Shown piece by piece: positions 17,938 through 25,536 of a stretch of 57,403 bases of DNA (positions are counted from its first letter, which is position 1; each line of letters opens with the position of its first letter). The position numbers and the translations under genes are program-made. The notes beneath the pieces are model-generated. The model was not told where the DNA came from, did not search any database, and saw only the letters and a program-made list of their open reading frames with translations. The DNA comes from a virus (lineage: Duplodnaviria > Caudoviricetes): the IMG/VR virus record IMGVR_UViG_3300028590_000018, positions 1-57,403 of that record. The stretch is one strand, 5' to 3'.

Positions 17938-18243
17938 ATGAGCATCCAGATCACCGTCTATGGACGCGAGGGTTGTCAGGAGTGCCGCATGACTACCCGA
18001 CGTCTCGACAAGCACGGGTTGCCGTACGTGTACCGGGATGTCACCGAGGACCCCGACGCACACGCTGAAGTCGTCAGGCTCGGTTACCAGGCACTACCGG
18101 TGGTCACCGCGGGGGACATGCATTGGTCGCGGTTCCGGTTGGAGAAGCTGGACCGGCTCGCGGGGATCCACAGCACCACACCGGATATCGCTGACCTCGA
18201 AGCGTCGGCCGTGGCGTACCTCGCGGAAGGCGAAGGCGAATGA
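17938..18243 (+). CDS. nrdH: NrdH-like glutaredoxin
   Basis: ITVYGREGCQECRMT...GYQALPVV...HWSRFR. Confidence 0.9.
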   Translation: MSIQITVYGREGCQECRMTTRRLDKHGLPYVYRDVTEDPDAHAEVVRLGYQALPVVTAGDMHWSRFRLEKLDRLAGIHSTTPDIADLEASAVAYLAEGEGE

Positions 18244-18455
18244 GCAAGTCCCAGTTGGAGATCGAGCAGGCCGCCCGCTTCGTGGTAGCTGAGCGTCTGC
18301 GGACTGGTGTGTCCACCGCCTACGTCCTCGGAGTCCTGGAGCGTGATCCGGCGTGGCTGGACCTGCCGATGGAGGAGTACGCGTTGGTGCGTGTGGAGGT
18401 GGCACGGATCCTGGCGGGGGTCGTGTCGGGGATGGGACAGGAGTTGGCCGCGTGA
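18240..18455 (+). CDS. Hypothetical protein
   Basis: ATGA overlap. Confidence 0.7.
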   Translation: MSKSQLEIEQAARFVVAERLRTGVSTAYVLGVLERDPAWLDLPMEEYALVRVEVARILAGVVSGMGQELAA

Positions 18456-18676
18456 GCGCTCAAACACCGCGACCCACACCAGGAGTCGAGACCGACCCTG
18501 TTCGTTCGGTAGGGAGCGAATCAGCGGCCACTACGGGGCAACGAGATTACGGCCCGATCTGCCAGATCGCCCTAGGTGGCGGTTATTCCGGTGAGCCGTG
18601 GGACCCGCCGGACTGTCTGTGCCCTGACTGCCGCGAAGTGGCCCGCGAGATGGACCAGTGGGAGGACGAACGATGA
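18452..18676 (+). CDS. Cys-containing hypothetical protein
   Basis: GTGA overlap; CLCPDC. Confidence 0.55.
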   Translation: MSAQTPRPTPGVETDPVRSVGSESAATTGQRDYGPICQIALGGGYSGEPWDPPDCLCPDCREVAREMDQWEDER

Positions 18677-18999
18677 GCGACCGCGACGCTCTGGCCGGGC
18701 TGATCGGGGACTGGATCATCAGCGCTGGGGAGACTGCCGATGAGATCCTCGCCGCGGGCTGGCGTCCACCCGCCCAGGTGATCGAGACCGTCGAGCAAGC
18801 CGAGGCGCTGCCTGTCGGTTCGATAATCCTCGAGCGGAACAGCGAATCCGACCAGCCGATTGCCTGGCTGCGCACCGAAATCGAGGGTTCAGGCCCAAGG
18901 TGGGAGGAGTTCAGCGGCGTCAGCGATTGGCCGACGACCGACATCACCTTCCCCGCTGTCGTCTTGTACATGCCCACCGAGAACGGAGACAGCGAATGA
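18673..18999 (+). CDS. Hypothetical protein (RDALA...ADEILA family)
   Basis: GGAGG RBS, ATGA overlap. Confidence 0.75.
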   Translation: MSDRDALAGLIGDWIISAGETADEILAAGWRPPAQVIETVEQAEALPVGSIILERNSESDQPIAWLRTEIEGSGPRWEEFSGVSDWPTTDITFPAVVLYMPTENGDSE

Positions 19000-19157
19000 G
19001 AACCCGAGACGCCCTGGCCGACAAACTCGCCGAGTGCGCTGCGGAGGGGATGGGTGCCCGCGAGATCGCTGTCACCATCCTCGCCGACTCAGTCCTGCTG
19101 GATGAGATCTGTGAGTACCGGGCACGGCAGATCAACGCCGAAAGGACGGGCGCATGA
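18996..19157 (+). CDS. Hypothetical protein (RDALA family)
   Basis: ATGA overlap. Confidence 0.65.
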   Translation: MRTRDALADKLAECAAEGMGAREIAVTILADSVLLDEICEYRARQINAERTGA

Positions 19158-19471
19158 GCGACATCAGAGAGGCGCTGGCGCACGCGATCCTGGTCAATGC
19201 CATGTGCCCGGGTCAGGAGTACATCGCTACCCGCGTCGCCGACGCCATCCTCGCCGAGTTCCTGGTTGTCCCTCGCTCCGACATCGTCGGCACCGAGTAC
19301 GGGATATCCGACCAGACCAACACCGACGTTCAGTTCGTCGGGCGGCGTGCTGAAGCGATCGAAGGAGCGCGCTGGCGTAGGCGGTTTCCCGGCACGTCCG
19401 AGGCGTGCGCGCATGAGCGCCCTGTCCTGCCGTGGTCTCCGATCCCACTGCCCGAGGACGGGGAGAAATGA
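19154..19471 (+). CDS. Hypothetical protein (REALA...ADAILA family)
   Basis: AAAGGA RBS, ATGA overlap. Confidence 0.75.
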   Translation: MSDIREALAHAILVNAMCPGQEYIATRVADAILAEFLVVPRSDIVGTEYGISDQTNTDVQFVGRRAEAIEGARWRRRFPGTSEACAHERPVLPWSPIPLPEDGEK

Positions 19472-19752
19472 CCGACGAAGAAATCCAATGGCTGGAGGAT
19501 CAAGCCAACTACGCGAAGAAATGGTTGCAGAGGGTCCAGATGTATCCGGACACTCTGCTCGAATTGATCGAGCTAGCCAAGGCTACGCAGCGTCCTCGGC
19601 TCGGGTACGTCACTGTCGACCTGCAATCAGAGAATCCGCCGAGCCTGATCGAAGCTGACCGGGAGATCGCTTCCCGCCAGCTGGCCGACGATCGAGCAGC
19701 TTCCCCGCTGGGGGATTGGGTGCTGCTTGAGGTGCGGGAGGTACAGCCGTGA
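19468..19752 (+). CDS. Hypothetical protein with RPxLGY...EVREV C-terminal module
   Basis: QRPRLGYV...LEVREVQP. Confidence 0.75.
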   Translation: MTDEEIQWLEDQANYAKKWLQRVQMYPDTLLELIELAKATQRPRLGYVTVDLQSENPPSLIEADREIASRQLADDRAASPLGDWVLLEVREVQP

Positions 19753-20258
19753 TCCCTCTGACCGATGACCGCTTGCGGCAGTTGGCCTACGACGACATGG
19801 TATGCACCAACGCCAACGAGCGTGCCATGGCTGCCGAGTTGCTCGCCGCCCGCGCCCGTATCGCTGAGTTGGAGCGGTGTCTGCGCGATGAAGGCGCTAG
19901 CGCTGGACGACTGGCAGATCAGTTGCGCGCTTCCTGCACCCAGGGCGCCGACGCCGCAGCTCGTGTCGCCGAACTGGAGGCCGAGGTGGAGGACCACATC
20001 GAAGCGAACCACAACCTTGCCCGTGAGCGAACCATCCTGCGCGGCAAGGTCGCCGAGCTAGGGGCCGCGCAGCGTCCCCCACTCGCCTACCTGGTGGCCC
20101 GGATTCCCAACGACACCGAAGAGGGACCCTCGTTTCTAGGCGACTTCTACAGCAGTAGAGCCGCAGCCAAGGAAGTGGCGGATCAGCGGAACCCGCTCAC
20201 GGGTAAGGCTCGGTACGTCGTCGCCGAGATCCGGGAGGTGCCGGGATGCGCGACATAG
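19749..20258 (+). CDS. Coiled-coil protein with RPPLAY...EIREV module
   Basis: ERAMAAELLAARARIAELE; QRPPLAYL...AEIREVP. Confidence 0.75.
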   Translation: MIPLTDDRLRQLAYDDMVCTNANERAMAAELLAARARIAELERCLRDEGASAGRLADQLRASCTQGADAAARVAELEAEVEDHIEANHNLARERTILRGKVAELGAAQRPPLAYLVARIPNDTEEGPSFLGDFYSSRAAAKEVADQRNPLTGKARYVVAEIREVPGCAT

Positions 20259-20542
20259 CCGACACCCTCGCGTTCCTCGCGATCAAGACCTTGACGGGCG
20301 GCGGATTCGATCTCGGCCCCGACCGCAAGGACATGCGCGGCGCTCTCACTGGCGCGTTCGAGGATCTGCTCAACCGGCTCCCGGAGGGAACCGTCGCGCC
20401 GCGTCCCCCACTCGGATATATCGCGGTCGATACAAGGTCCGAGGTGGTTCTCACGAAGGGTTACTGGGGGACTCTCGCGGAGGCGGCCAGAGGGTGGGCC
20501 TCCACGCCCACTTTCGTCGAGCTGCGGGAGGTTCAGCCATGA
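20246..20542 (+). CDS. Hypothetical protein with RPPLGY...ELREV module
   Basis: PRPPLGYI...VELREVQP. Confidence 0.75.
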   Translation: MRDIADTLAFLAIKTLTGGGFDLGPDRKDMRGALTGAFEDLLNRLPEGTVAPRPPLGYIAVDTRSEVVLTKGYWGTLAEAARGWASTPTFVELREVQP

Positions 20543-20697
20543 CCGACCTCCCCAGCTTCAGCGCGATCATCGGCCCCGGCCGTGAGGTTCTACTGCCGAC
20601 CGACGTGCGGGAGTCTGTCGATCGCGCTCCGGGGTGGCCTATCGACGGGCGACGCCGCCTTCAGTACGTCACTCCATGGCGGGAGGTGACCGATTGA
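20539..20697 (+). CDS. Hypothetical protein ending in WREVTD
   Basis: GGAGG RBS, ATGA overlap. Confidence 0.65.
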   Translation: MTDLPSFSAIIGPGREVLLPTDVRESVDRAPGWPIDGRRRLQYVTPWREVTD

Positions 20698-20939
20698 CCG
20701 CCAACATCGTCACCAAGCGCCAAGCCTGCGCCCGACACTGCGCCTACACCTATTGGCGGAACCACGGCCCTGTCGACACGGGTGACGTCCGCCGCTGCGA
20801 GCACGGGAAGGTGTGGGTCGCCACCGGGCGGCAGCGGGAGAGCATCTACTTCCACGTTCTCGATGAATGGGAGCGGCTGGGCTGGTGGACCCCGATCGCC
20901 TATCGACGGGCGGTCCGCGCGCTGGAGGCGACCAAATGA
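20694..20939 (+). CDS. Hypothetical protein
   Basis: TTGA overlap, GGAGG RBS; RCEHGKVW. Confidence 0.65.
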   Translation: MTANIVTKRQACARHCAYTYWRNHGPVDTGDVRRCEHGKVWVATGRQRESIYFHVLDEWERLGWWTPIAYRRAVRALEATK

Positions 20940-21313
20940 CCCGCTCCCAAGCCACGCTCGAGCTGCCCTGGCAAGTACCGAAGCTGAGCCCCAACGTCCG
21001 GATGCACTGGGCTGCCCGCGGCCGGATCACCGCATACGTGCGGGAGCAAACCGGATGGATCGCGAAGGCAGCGAAACTCACCCCCACCCACCCGTTCACG
21101 GTGACCCTGCACTATCGGCCAGCCCGTAACGGACGACGCGACCCAGGCAACCTGTGCCTGGACTGCAAGGCCAGCATCGACGGTCTCGTTGATGCGGGTC
21201 TGGCACCCGATGACACCCCCGAATACATCCACGAAACCATCCCCGTCATCCATGCGGCCGAGAAGGGCAAGCCGGGTGCTCTGTGGTTGGAGATCAGTTG
21301 GGAGGACTCATGA
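20936..21313 (+). CDS. rusA: RusA-like Holliday junction resolvase
   Basis: LSPNVRMHW...RRDPGNL...KASIDGLVDAGLAPDD. Confidence 0.88.
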   Translation: MTRSQATLELPWQVPKLSPNVRMHWAARGRITAYVREQTGWIAKAAKLTPTHPFTVTLHYRPARNGRRDPGNLCLDCKASIDGLVDAGLAPDDTPEYIHETIPVIHAAEKGKPGALWLEISWEDS

Positions 21314-21483
21314 CTGAATCCGTTGACACGAAACCATCCATCCTGCAACCGTTCTACGATCACGCAAGGTTGATGGAGCAGCGTGTCGTCCAACCCGAGC
21401 GGGTGAGCCTGGAGAAGCCCGTCCCGCCACCCGTCCGGCCATCATTGTGGGGGTTGCTGCGCCTGATCGGGGGACGGCGGTGA
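21310..21483 (+). CDS. Hypothetical protein
   Basis: GGAGG RBS, ATGA overlap. Confidence 0.65.
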   Translation: MTESVDTKPSILQPFYDHARLMEQRVVQPERVSLEKPVPPPVRPSLWGLLRLIGGRR

Positions 21484-21591
21484 GCGCGGTATCGTCATTC
21501 GATAGGCAGGGTCCGGCGCGTCGAGTCAAGGTCGGGCGAGGCAGGGCGCGGCGAGTTTCGGCAGGCATGGCAGGCATGGCGGTGAGCGGTC

Positions 21592-21960
21592 ATGAGCATC
21601 GATGATGCGTTGGCAAGGCTCACCGCTGGACTGGCCCGAGACGAAGCGATAGCGCGAGCAGCGGACGAGCAGTCCCCGGAATGGACAGACGGCTACGAGG
21701 GCGAGGCGTGGGCGTATGGCAACAGCGATTCGATGGATGTGCACATGCTCACCCATATCGAGCGCCAATCCCCCGATCGTGTCCTGAACCGGTATATACC
21801 CGCGATACGGAAGGTGTTGGCGGTCTGCGATGCCATAGACGCTGAAGCGCTCGCTGGCGCATGGCGGGAGGGTAAATACGGTGATTGGGCGGACGATATC
21901 CGCGAGGCCCTGGCCGGTATCTACGAGCCCACCGACACCGAGGGAGGAACACCAGCATGA
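21592..21960 (+). CDS. Hypothetical protein, leads the junction-repeat array
   Basis: LARDEAIARAA...HIERQSPDRVL...ALAGIY; ends GGTPA. Confidence 0.8.
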   Translation: MSIDDALARLTAGLARDEAIARAADEQSPEWTDGYEGEAWAYGNSDSMDVHMLTHIERQSPDRVLNRYIPAIRKVLAVCDAIDAEALAGAWREGKYGDWADDIREALAGIYEPTDTEGGTPA

Positions 21961-22286
21961 CCATCCGACAGATTCCCGACCCGTCTCTGGATGGCACCGT
22001 CTGGGGCACAAGCCCTTTCTTCCCCAAGAAACCCTATATCCGATTCTTCCACTGCGACCCGGACCGCCCGTCCACCCCGAGCCACGTCTGGTGGGACGGT
22101 ATTGCTTTCACGGTCGACCGAGACGTGTTCTATCGCAGACCAGAGATGAAGATCCGGCCCGACTATCAGGACCGCATCCAGTTCGGTCCGCTCGAGCTGA
22201 TCGACGACTCGCGATCTCTCACGCTGGAGGACTTGGAGCGCGCCGAGGCGGCAGTGCGGGCGACGGCGGGAGGAACAACCCCATGA
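21957..22286 (+). CDS. Hypothetical protein (cassette 1, ends GGTTP)
   Basis: Bounded by junction repeats. Confidence 0.75.
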   Translation: MTIRQIPDPSLDGTVWGTSPFFPKKPYIRFFHCDPDRPSTPSHVWWDGIAFTVDRDVFYRRPEMKIRPDYQDRIQFGPLELIDDSRSLTLEDLERAEAAVRATAGGTTP

Positions 22287-22606
22287 GCGTGCAGGCGCCG
22301 GCCAGCATCGTTTGGGTCGTTGAACGCCCCTGGCCGGATGAGGCACCGGAACAGATTGCATGGTGCACGACCGATCGGCGGGCCCGCGAAATCACCGCCG
22401 CGTACTGGCGTTTTCACGATTGGGAGGAGAGGGTTCGGATCACGATCGTGCCGTGCAACATGGACGCTCCCGCGTGGGAATGCGCGGACGTCGCTTTCGC
22501 GGCTGGGTGGACATTCGATGGCGACGAGGCCTCCGCTCGCACGAGCGGATGGCTTGACGCTAATGGGGAACTGGTCGGCAGTTATGCGGGAGGATCAACC
22601 CCATGA
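22283..22606 (+). CDS. Hypothetical protein (cassette 2, ends GGSTP)
   Basis: Bounded by junction repeats. Confidence 0.75.
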   Translation: MSVQAPASIVWVVERPWPDEAPEQIAWCTTDRRAREITAAYWRFHDWEERVRITIVPCNMDAPAWECADVAFAAGWTFDGDEASARTSGWLDANGELVGSYAGGSTP

Positions 22607-22896
22607 GCGACGAGCCCCACGAAGTCGACGGCAGCGGCTACACCTACGGTGGCGGTCTCGTGTTCGACGGCACCGAGCGACCATGGGCTGCGGAGCCGAT
22701 CTCCATCCCGTTCGAGTGGACCGCAGAGGACGGCACCACAGGCCCAATCCGGGATGGTGTGGTCGTCGGCGGCATGTACGACGGGTTGCGGATAGCGCCA
22801 TCACATCCTCTGTCGCTCGCGATCGGCCCATCCCCGGTCAGGTGGAAGCTGATGGACTCCGATGGGAATGTCATCGCGTCAGGATCAACCCCATGA
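22603..22896 (+). CDS. Hypothetical protein (cassette 3, ends SGSTP)
   Basis: Bounded by junction repeats. Confidence 0.75.
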   Translation: MSDEPHEVDGSGYTYGGGLVFDGTERPWAAEPISIPFEWTAEDGTTGPIRDGVVVGGMYDGLRIAPSHPLSLAIGPSPVRWKLMDSDGNVIASGSTP

Positions 22897-23297
22897 GCGA
22901 CGAGCAACTGGCCTACATCGTCACCTACGGCAGCGATGAGCGGGTCGAGGCGATCTTCACCGACGAAGCCAAGCGCGATGCGTTCCTGGAAAGCCACCCC
23001 CATAGCACGTATGCGACGTGGCGATTGAACGAACCTGAGAACGGGCATGCGGTACGCCACGGGTTCGCCCTCACCGCGTTCCGCCCAGGCCGTTGGCAGC
23101 AGAACCTGTTCGATGCGCAGGTGGTGGACGGGTGGCTTATCCGCGAGTTCGGCAACAGTGAAACGTCATGGGATGTATCGACGCCGACGTCGTACAAGTC
23201 GTTTGAGGGCTTCGAGATCCTCGGTAAGGACCGCGACGACGCGTACAGGATGGCCTACGAGCTGATCGCGCAGGAGAGCCGAGGGACAACCCCATGA
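22893..23297 (+). CDS. Hypothetical protein (cassette 4, ends RGTTP)
   Basis: Bounded by junction repeats. Confidence 0.75.
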   Translation: MSDEQLAYIVTYGSDERVEAIFTDEAKRDAFLESHPHSTYATWRLNEPENGHAVRHGFALTAFRPGRWQQNLFDAQVVDGWLIREFGNSETSWDVSTPTSYKSFEGFEILGKDRDDAYRMAYELIAQESRGTTP

Positions 23298-23458
23298 CCG
23301 TGTATGTAGGCGAATGGCATGACGGAGAGCCCGATCTGGGCACGATTGTTCGGGAGATCAACGAGATGATGGCCGACCCCGAACTGCGTGAGGCGGCCAT
23401 AGAGCGCGGCCGAGCGGACCGCGACGATACCGAATGGCGAAGAGGGGAGGAACCGTGA
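23294..23458 (+). CDS. 54-aa hypothetical protein (not in ORF track)
   Basis: MTVYVGEWHDGEPDLGTIVREINEMMADPELREAAIERGRADRDDTEWRRGEEP; ATGA/GTGA overlaps. Confidence 0.7.
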   Translation: MTVYVGEWHDGEPDLGTIVREINEMMADPELREAAIERGRADRDDTEWRRGEEP

Positions 23459-23880
23459 GCGCGGGCACGTTAACCCCGGACGCGTTGGAGCACTTCACGG
23501 CATGGGCAGGCGACAGTGAGCGCTGGAATCAGCTCCCGGCGCCGATGCTCCCTGAGGTGATCGTGGAGCACGCCCGCGACATCCCCGACGCCACAATGCT
23601 GGGAGTGATCTGGCAACTGCAGCACACCCCTTACTGGCCGTTCGACGACTTCAAGGACCCGCATTGGGTCAGCCAATGGGATCTGGCGGGAGCGCTCCGC
23701 CTGGCTGGCTACCGAGCCCATCACGGGATCAACGAAATGCCCTCAGCGCTGATTCGCGCCAAAGCCGACCGGCTGATACAGCGTGAACTGTTGGACGGTT
23801 GCACGTGTGGTTGCCGTGGAGATTTCGAGCTGACCGCCGCAGGGTATCTGGCTATCGCGGCAGAGGAGGCCACCTCATGA
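23455..23880 (+). CDS. Hypothetical protein with GCxCGCRGDF motif
   Basis: AKADRLIQRELLDGCTCGCRGDFELT. Confidence 0.8.
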   Translation: MSAGTLTPDALEHFTAWAGDSERWNQLPAPMLPEVIVEHARDIPDATMLGVIWQLQHTPYWPFDDFKDPHWVSQWDLAGALRLAGYRAHHGINEMPSALIRAKADRLIQRELLDGCTCGCRGDFELTAAGYLAIAAEEATS

Positions 23881-24218
23881 CCAACCCTGAGCAGCATGTG
23901 ATCGATGAGATTGACCGTCTCGTCGACTGGCAGATAGAGGAAGGTCGCAAGCGCGGCGACGACCCGCCTGAGTTCAACGTCAGTTTCCGCATCCCAACCC
24001 GCGAGGAGCTGGAGGAGTTCCGCGCCCACATGGAGCGACTCCGCCGAGCTCGCGCGGTCGTCGTCCCGCCTGACGCCCCGTATCAGGAGTGGCGGGAGTT
24101 CGAGCCCGGTGAGCGAGTGGGCTGGCAACTGTCCGACGGCACCGTCCGTGTCGGTGTGGTGGAGGAGCATCGCGAGGACCCGCCCGGTTCCGGCAACTGG
24201 ACCATGACGATCACCTGA
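23877..24218 (+). CDS. Hypothetical protein
   Basis: GAGGAGG RBS; VIDEIDRLVDWQI. Confidence 0.75.
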   Translation: MTNPEQHVIDEIDRLVDWQIEEGRKRGDDPPEFNVSFRIPTREELEEFRAHMERLRRARAVVVPPDAPYQEWREFEPGERVGWQLSDGTVRVGVVEEHREDPPGSGNWTMTIT

Positions 24219-24276
24219 TTCAGGGCTGTGCGTGGTGGCTCGAGACATTCATCTCGAGCCAGTAAACTGGTTATCC

Positions 24277-24987
24277 ATGAGCAACCGTTCGGTGAGTGTG
24301 GTCGGCGAGGGCAACCCCAATCACATGTTCGTCGGACGCCATGAGGTCAAGCTGCTGCGCGAGCTACTACGCGACATCCCAGCTCTAGCAATCGAACTCG
24401 GTATAGCCGTCACGAAACAGGCCCGCCTCGGGGAAATCGGGCGCAACCGCAAACCGCGGCGGCCATCCGCCCCACCTCTGCCGTATCACCTCGGTGCCGC
24501 GGAAGCCGCAGAAGAGCTCCACAACGAGCTCGTCGGCTGGGTGCGACTGACCTGCGAACAGCGCGTCATCAACTATGAGGGCTCCATATCCACACCAGGA
24601 CTGGCCCGCTGGCTCGAACGCAACGTCGTAGCCCTAGCCATGACAGAGGGCGCTGAGAACGCCTACGTGGGCATCAAGGATGCCGTACAGCGAGCCGAGT
24701 GGATCGTCTGCCCACCCGTGATGCCGGTGGTTTACGACCAGCAGAAGTATGAGAAGGCTCGCCGGTTGCGCCTCAACCCGTCCGGTATCGCCGCCCTGGT
24801 GAAGGAGCTCGACGAGAAGTATCGCCACCTCACTGCCAGGCGTGTGCGCGTGTTGCGGGACGCCGGTCTGATCGAGCGCGCACCGGGCCCATGGCATCCG
24901 GATTGGCCTGAACTGTTCGTCGTTGGCGAGGTGCTGGACGCTCACCTGGAACTGCCGATCCGGGAGCGACACGCCAAAGCAAGCTGA
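24277..24987 (+). CDS. Putative late transcription regulator (C-terminal winged-HTH-like region)
   Basis: Last gene before the late/non-coding block; LTARRVRVLRDAGLI...FVVGEVLDAH. Confidence 0.6.
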   Translation: MSNRSVSVVGEGNPNHMFVGRHEVKLLRELLRDIPALAIELGIAVTKQARLGEIGRNRKPRRPSAPPLPYHLGAAEAAEELHNELVGWVRLTCEQRVINYEGSISTPGLARWLERNVVALAMTEGAENAYVGIKDAVQRAEWIVCPPVMPVVYDQQKYEKARRLRLNPSGIAALVKELDEKYRHLTARRVRVLRDAGLIERAPGPWHPDWPELFVVGEVLDAHLELPIRERHAKAS

Positions 24988-25017
24988 CCAGCGGAGATCT
25001 CTTACGCCCTCGGAAAA

Positions 25018-25026
25018 TGCTACGCT
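25018..25026 (+). promoter_or_regulatory. Extended -10 promoter upstream of the RNA block
   Basis: TG-c-TACGCT (TGnTANNNT). Confidence 0.5.
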
Positions 25027-25069
25027 CAGCGCGTCGCGTGTATTGACCGCGAATCCAAGAATCAAGAAT

Positions 25070-25222
25070 CGGTTGGTTGACCTGCGGGCTGGACCATAGG
25101 ACCGGGTAACTATCCCGGCGGGGGAACAGGCGCGAAGAATTGGGCACGAGCTACGGCCGCGAGACGAGTAACGAGCTCTACGGGCGATGCCGATCCCGTC
25201 CAGCACGCAGGTGAACCGACCG
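25070..25222 (+). ncRNA. Structured RNA candidate 1 (25-bp closing duplex, 103-nt inner domain)
   Basis: 25070-25094 pairs with 25198-25222 at 23 of 25 positions; inner hairpins CCGGG/CCCGG and GAGCT/AGCTC. Confidence 0.65.
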
Positions 25223-25233
25223 CCCCCTGATCT

Positions 25234-25306
25234 CCCGTAGCGCACAGAGGTCCCGCAAACGCCCCTGTTGCTCCCTAACCCACAGCCGGGAGCTACGCGC
25301 TACGGG
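25234..25306 (+). ncRNA. Structured RNA candidate 2 (three-way junction with C-rich loops)
   Basis: CCCGTAGCGC/GCGCTACGGG closing stem; ACAG/CTGT and GCTCCC/GGGAGC arms. Confidence 0.55.
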
Positions 25307-25356
25307 GCCAAACTCCTAACCATCCCCAAATTCAGCCAAATTTAGGGGACGGGCAT

Positions 25357-25428
25357 TGGTCTGTAGCTCAATGGCAGAGCAGCCGTCTCCAAAGCGGCCG
25401 GTTCCACGTTCGAGTCGTGGCAGATCAG
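25357..25428 (+). tRNA. trnW: tRNA-Trp (CCA); CCA end not encoded
   Basis: Acceptor TGGTCTG/CAGATCA, D-arm GCTC/GAGC, anticodon arm gccgt-ct-CCA-aa-gcggc, T-arm ccacg-ttcgagt-cgtgg. Confidence 0.92.
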
Positions 25429-25430
25429 CT

Positions 25431-25517
25431 GTGATCGAGGCTGAAGTGGACGAGGCACCAGGTTGTGATCCTGGCCCGGATACGGGAAAGCGGGTTCAAG
25501 TCCCGTCGATCACCCCA
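25431..25517 (+). tRNA. trnH: Atypical 87-nt tRNA-His (GTG) with long variable arm
   Basis: Acceptor GTGATCG/CGATCAC, C discriminator plus CCA, ccagg-tt-GTG-at-cctgg, V-arm CCCG-gata-CGGG, T-arm gcggg-ttcaagt-cccgt. Confidence 0.85.
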
Positions 25518-25536
25518 ACTGTTAACCGAGAGTGAA

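Larger units (their letters stand above)
21943..23297 (+). repeat. Five gene-junction repeats, consensus GGAGGAWCAACCCCATGA
   Basis: Copies at 21943, 22269, 22589, 22879, 23280; AGGATCAACCCCATGAGCGACGAGC identical at 22591 and 22881. Confidence 0.9.

Noticed and set aside
21943-23297. CRISPR array or classical integron attC sites
   Set aside because: Spacers are 290-400 bp coding genes, the repeats are not palindromic, and no cas or intI gene is present
25070-25222. Retron msr-msd or Y RNA
   Set aside because: No reverse transcriptase or Ro60 gene is recognisable in the genome, and the inner domain has no T-arm-like motif
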